Below are positions 34,901 to 46,692 of a stretch of DNA of 64,000 nucleotides, piece after piece. Every line of letters starts with the position of its first letter. Within the stretch, counting starts at the first letter, position 1. The stretch is taken from contig MU054466.1 in assembly GCA_013239625.1 (NCBI GenBank), forward strand, positions 2,319,770-2,383,769. The letters are read 5' to 3'. Origin of the DNA: Lama guanicoe. Its lineage: Eukaryota. The position numbers were made by a program, and so were the translations under genes. The notes beneath the pieces were generated by a model. It made no database searches. It was not told the DNA's origin and saw only the letters and a list, made by a program, of their open reading frames with translations.

Positions 34901-37319
34901 ACTGCCGTCCGCAGCCTCGACTTCCACCCGCCCATTCTTTTCCGTCCCAAATCTGGCCGGGTGGACGAGGGATTGTTTTTGCAGGCTCCTCGCGGGGGAA
35001 GTGACATCATCTGGTGTCCATGGCCCGAGGGGTGGGGCCGGGGGCTCTGCGGTTGCGTGTGCTCTGAATTAAGTCGTTGGTTGTGCATTCCAGTAGCCAA
35101 CATCTGGCGGTGGATTCATCAGCCAGTGTATCACCCTTGATCTCAAACCCAGATGTTGTGTTAGCGGCAGAAGGGAGAGAAGGAAAAACAAAATCCCAGC
35201 AGCCCAGGGAGAGGCCGTCGTTCTGGGGCGCAGAGCAGACAGAACAGGAATCTCCATGAAGGCTCCCTCCTGCGCTGCCTCTGGTTCCTGAGGGGCGGTG
35301 GCGGGGCAGAGCTGCCCGCTCGTGGGCAGAGGGGGGGCAGGACGCAGGCTGCTTCCTCACCCCAGGGCCGAACGCCATGCCCAGCCCGTGGTAGGCATTC
35401 AGTAGACACGAACCCACGGCTTGATTTTAAGTTCTTCCCAGATTCTTGGGGTCTCTTTGCTTCTCACCAGCCCTGTCCTTTAAACGATCTGGGCCTCGGA
35501 GGGCCCATCCCTCACCTGGAGTGGCCTCGAGGCCGGAGCTGTAGGTGACGCCTGGCACGCTGAGGGCAGGAAACGCATGTCTGAGCCCTTCCCGCCTCCT
35601 CTGTCGGCCGCTGGCAGAGAGCAGCGGCGCTGCTCTGTCTTCCTGTCTGTTGTCCATCTTCTTGCCCCGGATGGATGCTCCTTGAAGGCAGGGCCTGCTA
35701 CTGAAGGACTTGCCACACCTCACCCTCTTCTCCCCGTGGGCAACAGGAAGGGACTGATGCTTTTAGGGTTTGTGCTTGAAAGGGAACCTGCCCCCAAGCT
35801 CTGAGCTTGGCATGGAAGACAGCCCCCACTGGCTTATGCACCAGCAGAAAACTGGGGAGCGGGAGGGTGTCCATGGTGGGGCTGGCTGGGGTCCACCGTA
35901 ATGCTGCCCCAGCGCTCTCTCCCTCCCTCCCTCATGGGACCCGTGGGTCTGTTTCCCCTCAGGTCTGCTAGCTGCCACTTGCCCGTGGGATCCTCTAGCT
36001 GTGACAGATTCACTTGCCAGCCCTGTGTGTATGTGTATGTGTGTGTGTCTCCCGCCCCATGCAGCGTGGTGCTGAGCCCAGATGGCACCTTCTGCCCCCA
36101 GCAGGCCCGCGGTGTGGATCCCTCACACCTGTGCAGACAGGTGGATGCCAGCCTCTCTCCCTTGTGGCTGGAGGGCACTGATGCTTTGGGGAAAGTTTCT
36201 GTAGAGCTGGGCCTTCTCTTGTCTCTTGCTGCCTTCCTTCCTTCACACGCTCTCTCATTTTGTAGTGTCAAGGAGGTTCCCACCCCAAAGAGTCTGAATT
36301 CCTGCCCTGCATGGCTGAGCCCAGTTGGAGACCCTCCCCGCCCCACCACCCGCTTCCCTGCAGAGAGCTGGCGGCCCAGATGCCGGTGAACATTCTAGTC
36401 TTAACGTCATAGGTCAACCCTGGGTTCAACCAATCTCTCCTTTTCTGACAATTTTTAAAAGGCAGGTGTGTGGGCTGTAGCCCCAAAGCAGGTGCATTGG
36501 GAAACGGCATGAGACCCAGACCCGGGGTCCGTGCTGCCCAGGGTGGGCTCTCCGGACCTGAGCAGTGAGCGTGGTGCAGGCGTCCTCACCCTGCGCCCTG
36601 GGGGTCGGAGAGCTGGCGCCAGGCTTCTCCGTGGTGGCGCTTCTTTCTGCCGTCCTGAGCTCCACGTGGTCACAGCCAGCACTGCCCATCCCGCACCCCC
36701 GTCCAGCAGTCCTCCCCAAACCCGCTGCTGGGCAGGTACTGGCGGTGCGGGTGTCTCCGTGCCAGACGCGAGCAGCTGAGTCCCAGCGAGGTCAGGGAGC
36801 TTCCCTGAGACCACATGGCGGGAGGGGCTCCAGCAGGATGTGGCCTCTGTGCTGCCCTCTTGAATAACGACCCAAACTGCCTGGGAGCCTTAAAAGCTTT
36901 TGTAAGAGAAAGATGTGTGGGCCTCAGTGCATGGAATGGAATGGAGTCTCTTGGCTGTTTGGGGTCAGATTTTGCTTATTTTCCGATGACCACAGTGTGT
37001 TTATCAAACATCTGTGTTGCGATAAGCGTTGTGCAGAGTCCTGGGCCTCGGAAAAGCGTGCAGAACTGAGTGTGCCGTCATAAAATCCAGCATCTTTGCC
37101 TTTCCTGGAACTGTTGTCTCCTTTGGATGCCCCTGGTCCGTTTGTACCATGGGCTGAGGACGATACTGTGGAAAAGCAAACGTGACAGGGCTAATCTGAT
37201 GTTGGCTGATTTGCATAAACACTTTTTTGTGCCATGTTGCAGTGAGGTACATAGATCAGACAGGTAGTAAGAGGGACCAAAGACAGACCGGACCTGTGCT
37301 GCCGCCCAGGTATCTCAGG

Positions 37320-37760
37320 CTCAGCTCAGCAAATACTCAGTGAGCACTGCCTGTTCTGTGGCAGGAACGGAGCCTCTGCCTGTTAGAAGCTCCCAGGGCC
37401 CAGAGCCGATGGGGGTGCAGGTGTTCACAGCAGCACGATCGGGGGATGCAGAGGATACCGAGCGCTGCAAGAGGACAGGACTTCCCAGAGGGAAGGTGGG
37501 GAAGGGCTATTTCAGCTGGGTCTTGAAGGATGAATAGAAGTTCTCCAGATGGAGAGAGAGAGGTGGCATTCAGGGCAGAAGAAACTTGCCTATCTAGAGG
37601 TATGGACACCCCGGGCAGGTTCAGGTTCAGGGAGTATTATGGGCTGGTGGAGCAAACAGCAGGAGCTGGGGGAGGGGTGGGGACGTCGAGGCAGCTGAAG
37701 TAGTCACGGGCTGGCACCAGTTGCAAAGGGTCTTCTGTTTTCGACCAGGGCAGTGGGCGG
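37320..37760 (-). mobile_element. L2 remnant
   Basis: cagcaaatactcagtgagcactgcctgttctgtggcagg...tttcagctgggtcttgaaggatgaatagaagttctccag. A similar L2 lies at ~55130-55890. Confidence 0.55.
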
Positions 37761-39296
37761 CCACATTTGACCCGGAAGGACCGTGATTGTGGAAGGTGCT
37801 GGGGGTGGGAGGAGACGCAGGGAACAGGTCACTGGCTGCCGAGGCCGAGGCCCACCGTCTGGAGTTTCCTAGATGTGGCTTTGTAGGTGGGGGCCTGGCT
37901 CAGCCTGGGAAACAGGAACCTGCGGCCTCGGCTCGTCGTGACTCAGCTCCGACGGAGGAAGAATGGGTTTGGGCCCGGGCGGGGCGCTGGGCTGTGGTGT
38001 GGGGCTCTGGTGCCCGGCTGGGATCCGGAGAGCACTGGGGGGTTCCTGGGGGCACGGGGGGGATCCACGTCCCTGCTCTCCGGGAGACCGCAGCCCTGGC
38101 TGGTGGTTCTAAGAGTCCAGCTGCCTGCTTGGGGTGGAGGGGGATTGGAGGCTCTGCTAAGCCTGGCTCTGTCTGTTATTTCTCTGCCCTGCTCACACCC
38201 ACACTCACAAGACACTCATCCGGAGTGACCCCGAACAGCCAAATCTTGGCGGACAAAGCTTTTAAAGCCATTAAGACAGGCTGTGCCACCAGCTGAGAAG
38301 CCTGGAAATGAAAGATAGGGAGGACTCCGCCCAACTGACAGCGGGAACTGCTGTCAGGGTACGGGGTGGAGCAGAGTCCAGGCTTAATTGCTAGTAGGAA
38401 GCCCTGGGGTGCATGGCCCACGAGCAGCCTCAGGCTCCAGGGAACATTCCAGAACCTTCCCAGCCCGACCTCGTCCCCTCTCCTTCATCTTGTGTCAAGG
38501 TCCGGGATCATCCTTCTTCCTGTTTGGCGTCTCCCCTCGGCCTCTGTCCCTCACGTCTGCTAGTGGTGCCCTTAAATGTCTGCTCTCTCCGTTCGAGTCC
38601 CTGTGGGTTAGCACATCCTGGCCCTCCCTCCATCGTGGCTCTGATGGAATATGTGTTATTACAAAGAACCATCCCCAAGACGTTTTTCAGGGACACATTG
38701 AGGACAGACTAGGAGGCTAGGAGGCTAGAAGGACAGGCCTTTTGGATGTAAGACCTCCAAACCTAAATGTGACAGGGCCTCTTGTAGGTGGGTAACCCCC
38801 ACCTGCCTTGTCTGCCTTCCGCCTGAAAAAGCCTGTTTGCCAACAGGCTATGTATGGGAGGAGGGCGGTGGCGGGACTTCACCATCCTTACCTGCGGGGT
38901 CAGGATTGCAGGCCAGTCCTTTTCCTAATCTGCTCCCCAGCCGCTGATCCGTACACATTGGAGAGAGTGAGGACGGGCCCAGAGCCCTCCAGCGTGACAT
39001 CGGCAGCGAGCTTTGCTCCCAGCAGTGACTGTCCCGCCACCCCCGGGGTCGGGAGGGGTACGAGCTGCTTCTGCCCCTGGGCCCGGGCAACAGGCGGTTC
39101 TAGTGAGGAGTCCCGGGACTCAAGGAGTCTCGGGGTGGCGCTCCCGGGCCTCCCCGCCCATGGGACGGAGGCCGACGCCACGCACGGGGCTGGGGCTGCC
39201 GTGCCCCTCGCCCCACCGCCCCCCGCCGCCCCGCCCTCTGCGGAGCCAGGACGGCCCTGCGGGGGCTGCGCTCACCTCCTTGTCTTCGTTTCGCAG

Positions 39297-39397
39297 TGAT
39301 TCGGGCCAAAGCGGTCAGCGAGAAGGAGGTGGACTCCGGGAACGACATCTACGGCAACCCCATCAAGCGCATCCAGTACGAGGTCAAGCAGATAAAG
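39297..39397 (+). CDS. TIMP2: TIMP2 coding exon 2
   Basis: tttcgcag| acceptor; (V)[33 protein letters not shown] including the VIRAK TIMP motif; donor GT at 39398. Confidence 0.98.
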
Positions 39398-41389
39398 GTG
39401 CGGGGCCCCCCGGGCCGCTGCGTCCGCGCAGCTGCGGGAGGGCTGGGAGCGGGGCTGGGCCCCCCAGAGGCTGGAGTCCAGGCAGAGGGGCCCCACCGCT
39501 GGGTCCCCGGGACACAGTCCAGCCGCCCATGGGGCAGACAGTAAGGGCGTCAAGCCCCAGGTGGATCCGATGTTCCTTAGTCCATCAATTCCTGAGAAGT
39601 TGTGTGGACAGAGTGTGTTCCCATCGGTGAGGTTCAGGCATGTGTTGTCTCCACTTTGACGGCTATAAATCGGTGGCAGAGCCTTGGCACTGTCGCCAAG
39701 TTCGCAGCATCTGTGGAATGTCCCGTGAGCGCCTCTCCACCTCTCCTTGGTGGTTTCAAAGGCGGCGAGAACATGGCCGTTTCTTCTGGGAGCCCACGAT
39801 CGATGTGAGAGTGGGTGACATAGCTCCCCGCAACTGCCGGCGGGGTCTAGTCTTGCCCGGTTAGCTTCATGTCCTAAGGGGGGTGGGATTTGAAGGGAGG
39901 GGGCCTCCTGTAGACGAGTGTGCTGGGGCAGCTTCCTGGGAGAAGGGAGTTGAGGAAGAAGTGGACCCTGTCGCCTGGTCGGTGCTGGAGAAGAAGCTTC
40001 TCCAGGTGGGGGAGGGACGGGGCAGGCGCTGGGGGCTGCAGATCGATGGGGAGGTGGCGAGGCGTTTGTTGGTTTTTCAGAATGTTGGTCATGTTCAAGG
40101 GCATGTGGCAAGGAGCACGTGCTTGAGACACGTGGGAGGTGGGGGCAGGGCGGGGGCTGCTGGGGGTCATTTGTGGTGACCAGCTCAGTCTACAGGAGGG
40201 AAGAGACGCGAGGCTCCAGCTGAGGGGAGCAGCTTTGCGACCTGCTTCGTGGTTGTGCCCCGCCTATATTTAATTTTATCACAAAAATAAAAAGCAGAGA
40301 ATAAAAGTTACCAGGGTCGATGAAACACTAAGTCATCACGCCTGTGTCATTTAAAGGGGTGACCTGGTCTCTCAGGACCCGAATCTCTTTATGAAGCGGG
40401 AAAGACAGTGTCTCTGCTCTTAGGATGCACTGAGGGGTCATGAAAAGCAGGTGTTGACCCCAAGGAAGCACATTTAGCCCTTTGGGGAAAGATGTCATTT
40501 ATAACCTCCTCAGCTCCTGCGAAGCCAGTTCATCGTGACACTGGGAGGACCCCTGTTCCGTTTGGGTTTGCTTACTGAGACTCCCCCCGACAAAAGCAAA
40601 CAACGCCATTAGCCGTGGTTTCACCAGCACGTGACCCGAGGCGGCTCCCATGGGATTGCAGAGCCTGCGGGGTCCGCCTTCTGCAGCCCTGTTTAGGCTC
40701 CTTTGGTGTGCGGTCCTGGGGGGTGTGTGTGTGCGCCCCTTCCTGACCCCCACCCCCGATTCTGGTGGGCTGCACCCCCACACCAGGCTGGAGGACGGTT
40801 CTCAGCCCACCCTCATATCCCCGCCTGTCATTGTTTCCGGCGGAGAAGCAGGAACTCCCTTCCTCCCGGACACAGGAACCACGCACCCCTGCACCTGGGC
40901 AGCAGACATGTTCCCCAAAGACTGAGAAAATCTGAAGCTGAGAAGCCAAACTCTCCTTGTCCAGGGCGTTACATCCCAGTTGCCGAGGTGCCTCTCTGCT
41001 CCGGTCCCCGTCAGGTGGCCGGTGCTTGATCGAAATTCCCGGAAACAGACAAAGGTAGCGGTCCTCCATTTGGGGTCAGAATCACCCGGAGATACACAGG
41101 CCCCCTCCTCAGAGATTCTTGATGACCTCACCCGTGGTGGGGAGAGCAGATGTGCTGTCTGAGACGGGCCCCCCGGGCGACATTAAGTGCAGCCTGGTGA
41201 CAACCGCCACACCAAGCAGCGGGAGCTACTCCAGGGAGCCCTGTGCAGTCGGAGAGGGCGTCTCCGACCTGTCTCACTGGTGCCGCTCCGCCCCCTTTCC
41301 GGTGCTGGCAGTGCCCCAGGTGCAGGCGCTCTGGGTGGGGACGGGATTTGCTGGCTGTGCTGCTTACACCCTCATCCTCCTCTTCCCAG

Positions 41390-41498
41390 ATGTTCAAGGG
41401 ACCCGACAAGGACATCGAGTTTATCTACACGGCGCCCTCCTCTGCCGTGTGCGGGGTCTCGCTGGACGTCGGAGGAAAGAAGGAGTATCTCATTGCAG
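41390..41498 (+). CDS. TIMP2: TIMP2 coding exon 3
   Basis: cttcccag| acceptor; [36 protein letters not shown](G); donor GT at 41499. Confidence 0.98.
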
Positions 41499-41933
41499 GT
41501 GTGTGTGGGTCTGGGCGTGGGGCGTTCTTGGCGACCATCCAGGGCCGGGGGCGGGGGGACCGCGAGGTGGAGCCGGGCCCTGAGGATACGTCGGAAGTCT
41601 CGGGGAGCCCCTGCCTTTTCCCGTCGGAGAACTTGCAGTGAGTGCTCACCTGCCTGTCCTCGACAACCTCCCCTGGGCTAGACCAGCACAACCCATGTGG
41701 CTTGTTGGGAAGGAACCAAGGAAGCCTGTGTTCATAGGAAATTTGAGGTCAGGTGGACACAGGGCTTTTTGGTTTTGTTTTGTTTTTTGTTTTTTGGCCT
41801 TTTGTTCCCGAAAAGGAGGCTCATGTGAGATGCTGGAAGCCCTGGAGGTGGGGCAGGAGAGTTGAAACCCTGTTTTAAATCTTGAAATGGTTGCGCACAC
41901 TCCTCACTCGCTCCATTGTGCCTCGTAACCCCC

Positions 41934-42410
41934 TTTTTAAGTTGGGATGAAATATACGTAGCATAAAATTGATCATTTTAGCCGTTTTTAGGTGTACGGT
42001 GTAGTGGCATTAAGCAGAGTCGCATTGTTGTGTGACCACCAGCACCATCCATCTCCAGAACCCTTTCATCTTCCTGATCTGAAACTTCTTTCAGCGTGTT
42101 TCCGAAGTTCAGCCACGTTGTAACCCGTATCGGAGCTTCACTCCTTTCTATGGCAGAAGCTCCTTGGATGGATACACTACGTTTTGTCTGTCTGTTCACC
42201 CCTGCGCTGGGGTTCTTCCTGCCTCTCGGCTGTGATGGAGAACGCTGCCTGGAACGTGTGTGTGTGCGTGTGCAGGTTTTTGCCTGGGCGTGTGTTTTCA
42301 TTTCTCTCGGGCAGATGTTGTGGGATTGCAGCACCAACGCTGGCTCTGTGTTTGACCGTCTGAGGAGCTGCCAGGCGGCTTTCCAGAGCAGCCGCACCGT
42401 TTCACATTTG
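41934..42410 (-). mobile_element. L1MB-like 3' end fragment
   Basis: cataaaattgatcattttagccgtttttaggtgtacggtgtagtggcattaag...accatccatctccagaac...ctgccaggcggctttccagagcagccgcaccgtttcacatt. Confidence 0.78.
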
Positions 42411-44250
42411 CAGGCTTCACTGTTTTTACAATAGAAAAAATAACATTGGAAGAGGAGAGGGGGACAAGGACAAAATCACGATGCAGAGAGCTGACAGCCT
42501 GACTCTGACATCACGGTGGCACAGGGGTCGGCACGGGCGGGGAGACGGCCGCCCACGGGGCAGGGACTAGTTGCCCTAACAAACCAACGGCGTCTAGTTT
42601 CCTGCGTCCTTTTTGTGTGCTGGTGTCTAACAGCCCTTTAAAGTGAGAGCCTCAGCCGGCCGGCTCGGCCCCCTGGCACTGCCCTCTAGGGGCTGTCTGG
42701 CCAAACTGCAGGGCTGCAGAAGCACGTACTCAAGGAGGGAGAGCCTGCATCCCGTCAAGGGCAGGCTCCTGATGGGAAAGTGACCTTGGTCTGGGCCAGC
42801 GCCTGCTTCCAGACACGCCCAGATGAATCCACACCCAGCTGAATCCTCACCCAGGCAGAGGCTCTGTCTTAAAGGTTCGTACATCAGGCTTCACCCTCTC
42901 CCCATTTACAGAAAAGGAGTGCCCTTTGCCTGGCACTGACATTTTCCAGATGCTTTTCGTGTGGCTCCACTGAATCCTCACAGTCCCCTGTTGCCAGCCC
43001 CATTTGCAGATGCGGAACACTGAGGGGCAGAGACAGAGCGACGTGCTCAGGGCCGTGGTGGGGGAGGCTGGCCTAAACCCACTTTCACTTTCAAGCTGAT
43101 TGTTCCATTTTGGTTGGTGTCACAGCTGCGAGCTTGAAACTGGCCGGGGTGGGAGTATTTGCAGCACAGAATTTGGTAGGTGCTATGCACCAGAGCTTTT
43201 CCTCCCAGGAGAGCTGGTGGCTGGGCGTTTCTCAGCACACCCCAGCTTGCGTCACACCGCCGGGGGGTGGGCTGCAGTGGTGTGGCCAGAATTTAGACCC
43301 TGGTCAGCCTGAGCCCCAGGTCCCTTATACTCTGCTTCTTCCGTCACTTGGTGTAGAGTAAGAAGTGTCCCTACCCCAGCGCCTAACCCAGGGGTCCTCC
43401 ACCTGCGGTGCTCATTGGAATTTTATGGGGAGTTTGCAAGAATGCTGGTGCCCAGGCAGCACCCCGCACTCAGGCCCGTTAAATTGACCCTCATCTGAAT
43501 GAGAAGATGATTAGAATGAGATACATTTGCTTGGTAACTGTGCGCCTACCTGTCATCTTGGACCCCTTCACGTCTCACACTGGAAGCCAGCAAGTGACCT
43601 GGGGCACATTTTCCTAACTGGCCGTGGAGCATCCGATTAATAAGAGGCGCTCCCCCTGGTGGCTGACCCACCCCATTACACGGGACTCGCCCTAGCCGGC
43701 ATCGTTCCCTGGCTCGGCAAGGCAACCCTGGTTCCAATCTGGTGTTTACTTTCTGAAGCACAGAATCTATGTCCTGTTCTCCTGGAGTCAGAACAGGCTA
43801 ACCAGAAATCACGGGGCACGGGAAACCACTCAGCCAGCGCTGGCTGCGGCCCCACCAACGACCTCACAGCCCGAGGCAGCCCACCTCCCCGCGGGCTGAT
43901 GACTCAGCTTCACATGCCGCGTTGGCCACCGTGAGACGCCCGTGTCCAGGAGCTGCTGTGGAAAGGGGCCCTGTAATTTTCTCCGACAGGCCTCTCCTCC
44001 GGAAGGAAAAGTAAACATACATCCCTCAGTTACAAATTTTAATTAATTCCTGTTTTTTTCTGTATCCAAGACTTTGCTTTTTCCTAAGGCATGCAGATAG
44101 ATGCTCACAACATCATACACGCTCAGCCAGGCCTTAACACTGTGTCTGCTGAAAGGGGTCTCCTTTCACCATTCTGAGATGCCGCGCTGTTTGCACGTGA
44201 CATTCAGAGTTCACATTAGCCCAGTAATGAGGGCCATTGAAAACATACCG

Positions 44251-44375
44251 ACTGGAAAAGAATCTGAAAAAAAGAAAGTATGTATTTGTGTAACTGACTT
44301 GCTTTGCTGTACACCTGAAACTAACATTGTAAATCAATCACACTTCAATAAAAAATACAAATTTTTTTTTAAAAA
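44251..44375 (+). mobile_element. 5'-truncated artiodactyl L1 3' end
   Basis: ggaaaagaatctgaaaaa...taactgacttgctttgctgtacacctgaaactaacattgtaaatcaa..acttcaataaaaaa. Confidence 0.78.
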
Positions 44376-45889
44376 GGAAGAAAATACACCACTTGCGTTT
44401 CGTCTCCATCCCCTGCCTTTGCCTACTCTATGCAGAAGCTTGGATTAGTGGTGAAAAGATTGAAAAAGAGAATGAAGCACTGTTGAACACAGACCCGCAG
44501 TCCTCACGAGTAAACTATTTTGGAGCCGTTTCTATGGGCTGAAAATGGGTAAAACAGGGTTAAGACACACCCTTACTTTTCGTGCTTGCGACCTGTTTAA
44601 GGAACAAGGTGTAGAAGTGGAGATTGGTGCCTGTCACGTGACACAGTGGAAGTTGCTCCAGAAGTTTGGAGGCAGGAACCAGAAGGAATACTCAGCCTGT
44701 CTCTAATGAATGCCCGTGCCCAGGCAAGGGAGCAGGCACTCTGCCTGTACGGGTAGGAAATGCCAGAAGGAACCAGGATAGAGGAGTGAGGTCCTTGTCC
44801 TCCGGCCACTCTGCTCCTTGTCTACTGTGAACTCAGTGGACGATGGCTCCAGGTGTAGAAAAAAAAAATTATTTTTGATGTTTAAGGCCACCCAGACGCA
44901 TCTCTTTTTAGTTCTTAGGCTTCAGAATGAATGTTACAGTAGTCACCCTGCTCCTCGATCCTTTTCTTTGCCTGGAACATCATACAAGGCCAGACAGATA
45001 TGAGGGGAAAATAGAGCTTCCGGAGGTGAGGGATGAGGCTGAAACAGAAATAAGAGCATGAGAGCTCACATCCTGGGTGTGCGTCCTGCCACCTGCTCAG
45101 CACAAAAGGTGTCCCCGGTGCCGCTCGCAGCCTCGGGCAAGCCGATCGCATTTCCCCTGGCGACAGGTTTCTGTTGCATTTCTTCCTGATGAGATGCCGA
45201 CAAGCTGCGTCATTACTTTGCTGAGCTACATCTCCATTAGCGGATGCTCCACGGCCAGGGTTGTGCTCGAGATCATTAAGTTGGATGCACTGCATATCAA
45301 GTGGAGGTGCTCAGGGTGCAGCCCGGGGCTGCTGTCTGCCTCTCAAGGAATCCCATGTGGCTCTGTGCCAGGCTGTGGTGTCATCGCTGGGCACCGATGT
45401 CTCTTGACAAGATGCCATTGTGGCAGGAGGGACGAGGTTTGAGATGCCCTCCCTTGCCCTGGTAAGGGTCTGTCGCCCACCAGAACACAGCTATTGGTCT
45501 TTTTCTCCTGCTTGACTGGTGCCTGGCTGCAGAACTTTGCAGTAAGGAGCCAGGAGCCTAAGGTATGAAGAGTGTCTTATGGTCCTCAGCAAAGGGAATT
45601 CAGGGCAGATTTCTGATTTTATGAAATTGTTTTTACTACTCATAATGGAAAACCCCAGAATTACAAGTTCCACATCACATGAAGGAAATGCTTGTGAGTA
45701 AATAGTGAAAACACAGGGAACAGCGCAGTCTACGCACAACGTGATCTTTTGTGTGTGAATACGTGTGCATAAAAGGATATTGGGAGGAAATGAGTCAAAA
45801 TACTAGCTCTAGGTCATGAGAATAAAGGAGATTTGAAGAAGTATTTCCTACATTTTCGAAGTTTTCTATAGTGAGCTTGCATTCTTTTT

Positions 45890-46040
45890 TTTAAGAAAGT
45901 TTATTAATTTTGGGGGGGAGAGGGAAGTAATTAGGTTTTCATTTATTTATTTACTTATTTGTATGGAGGCACTGGGGATTGAACCCAGGACCTCGTGCAT
46001 GCTAAGCGCATGCGCTACCACCTTGCTCTCCCCTCCCACC
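45890..46040 (-). mobile_element. tRNA-Ala-derived SINE (vic-1-like)
   Basis: atggaggcactggggattgaacccaggacctcgtgcatgctaagcgcatgcgctacca with an (attt)n tail; TSD-like gcattcttttt / gcgttcttttt. Confidence 0.85.
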
Positions 46041-46072
46041 CGCGTTCTTTTTATGCTCAGGATAAATCTGCA

Positions 46073-46458
46073 GTGTGTGAATCTGCTCAGGCTACTGGAA
46101 CAGAAAATGCAGACTGGGGTTCTGAAGCAACAGAAATGTATTTTCTCACAATTCAGGAGGCTAGAAGTCCAAGATCAACCCTGTGTGGGCAGGACTGGTT
46201 TCCTCTGAGGCTTCTCTGTGTGGCTTGTGGACGGCCACTTTCTACCCGTGTCGCCATGTGGTCATCCCTCTGTGTCTGCCTGTGTCCTCATCTTTCTCTT
46301 ATAAGGACACCAGTCCTATTGGGTTAGGACTCATGTGCATAGCTTCATTTTAATCAATTCTTTAAAGACCTTCTGTCCTAATACGGTCACATTCCGAGGT
46401 GCTGGGGGTTGGGGCTTCAACATCTGAACTTTGGAGGGGGCACGACCCAGCCCACAGC
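46073..46458 (-). mobile_element. MLT1-type ERVL-MaLR solo LTR
   Basis: caacagaaatgtattttctcacaattcaggaggctagaagtccaagatcaa...cttataaggacaccagtc...ggtcacattccgaggtgctgggggttggggcttcaacatctgaactttgg. Confidence 0.82.
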
Positions 46459-46567
46459 ACGGGGCACTGTCAGAACGGAACCTCCCCACGCCCAAGCCGC
46501 GCCCAGGTGCAGGAGGAGGAGGAGGACCCGTAACTTGCCCTGACCTTGGTGATCCGTGTCTCCTCAG

Positions 46568-46692
46568 GAAAGGCCGAGGGCAATGGCAAAATGCACATCA
46601 CCCTCTGCGACTTCATCGTGCCCTGGGACACCCTGAGCACCACCCAGAAGAAGAGCCTGAACCACAGGTACCAGATGGGCTGCGAGTGCAAG
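46568..46692 (+). CDS. TIMP2: TIMP2 coding exon 4
   Basis: tcctcag| acceptor; (G)[41 protein letters not shown]; donor GTAAGC at 46693. Confidence 0.98.

Noticed and set aside
39296-39544. ORF-track 'MIRAK...' as a stand-alone gene
   Set aside because: Its genomic start is GTG formed by the acceptor G plus TIMP2 exon 2, and it reads into intron 2. It matters only through the splice-created ATG listed in the findings.
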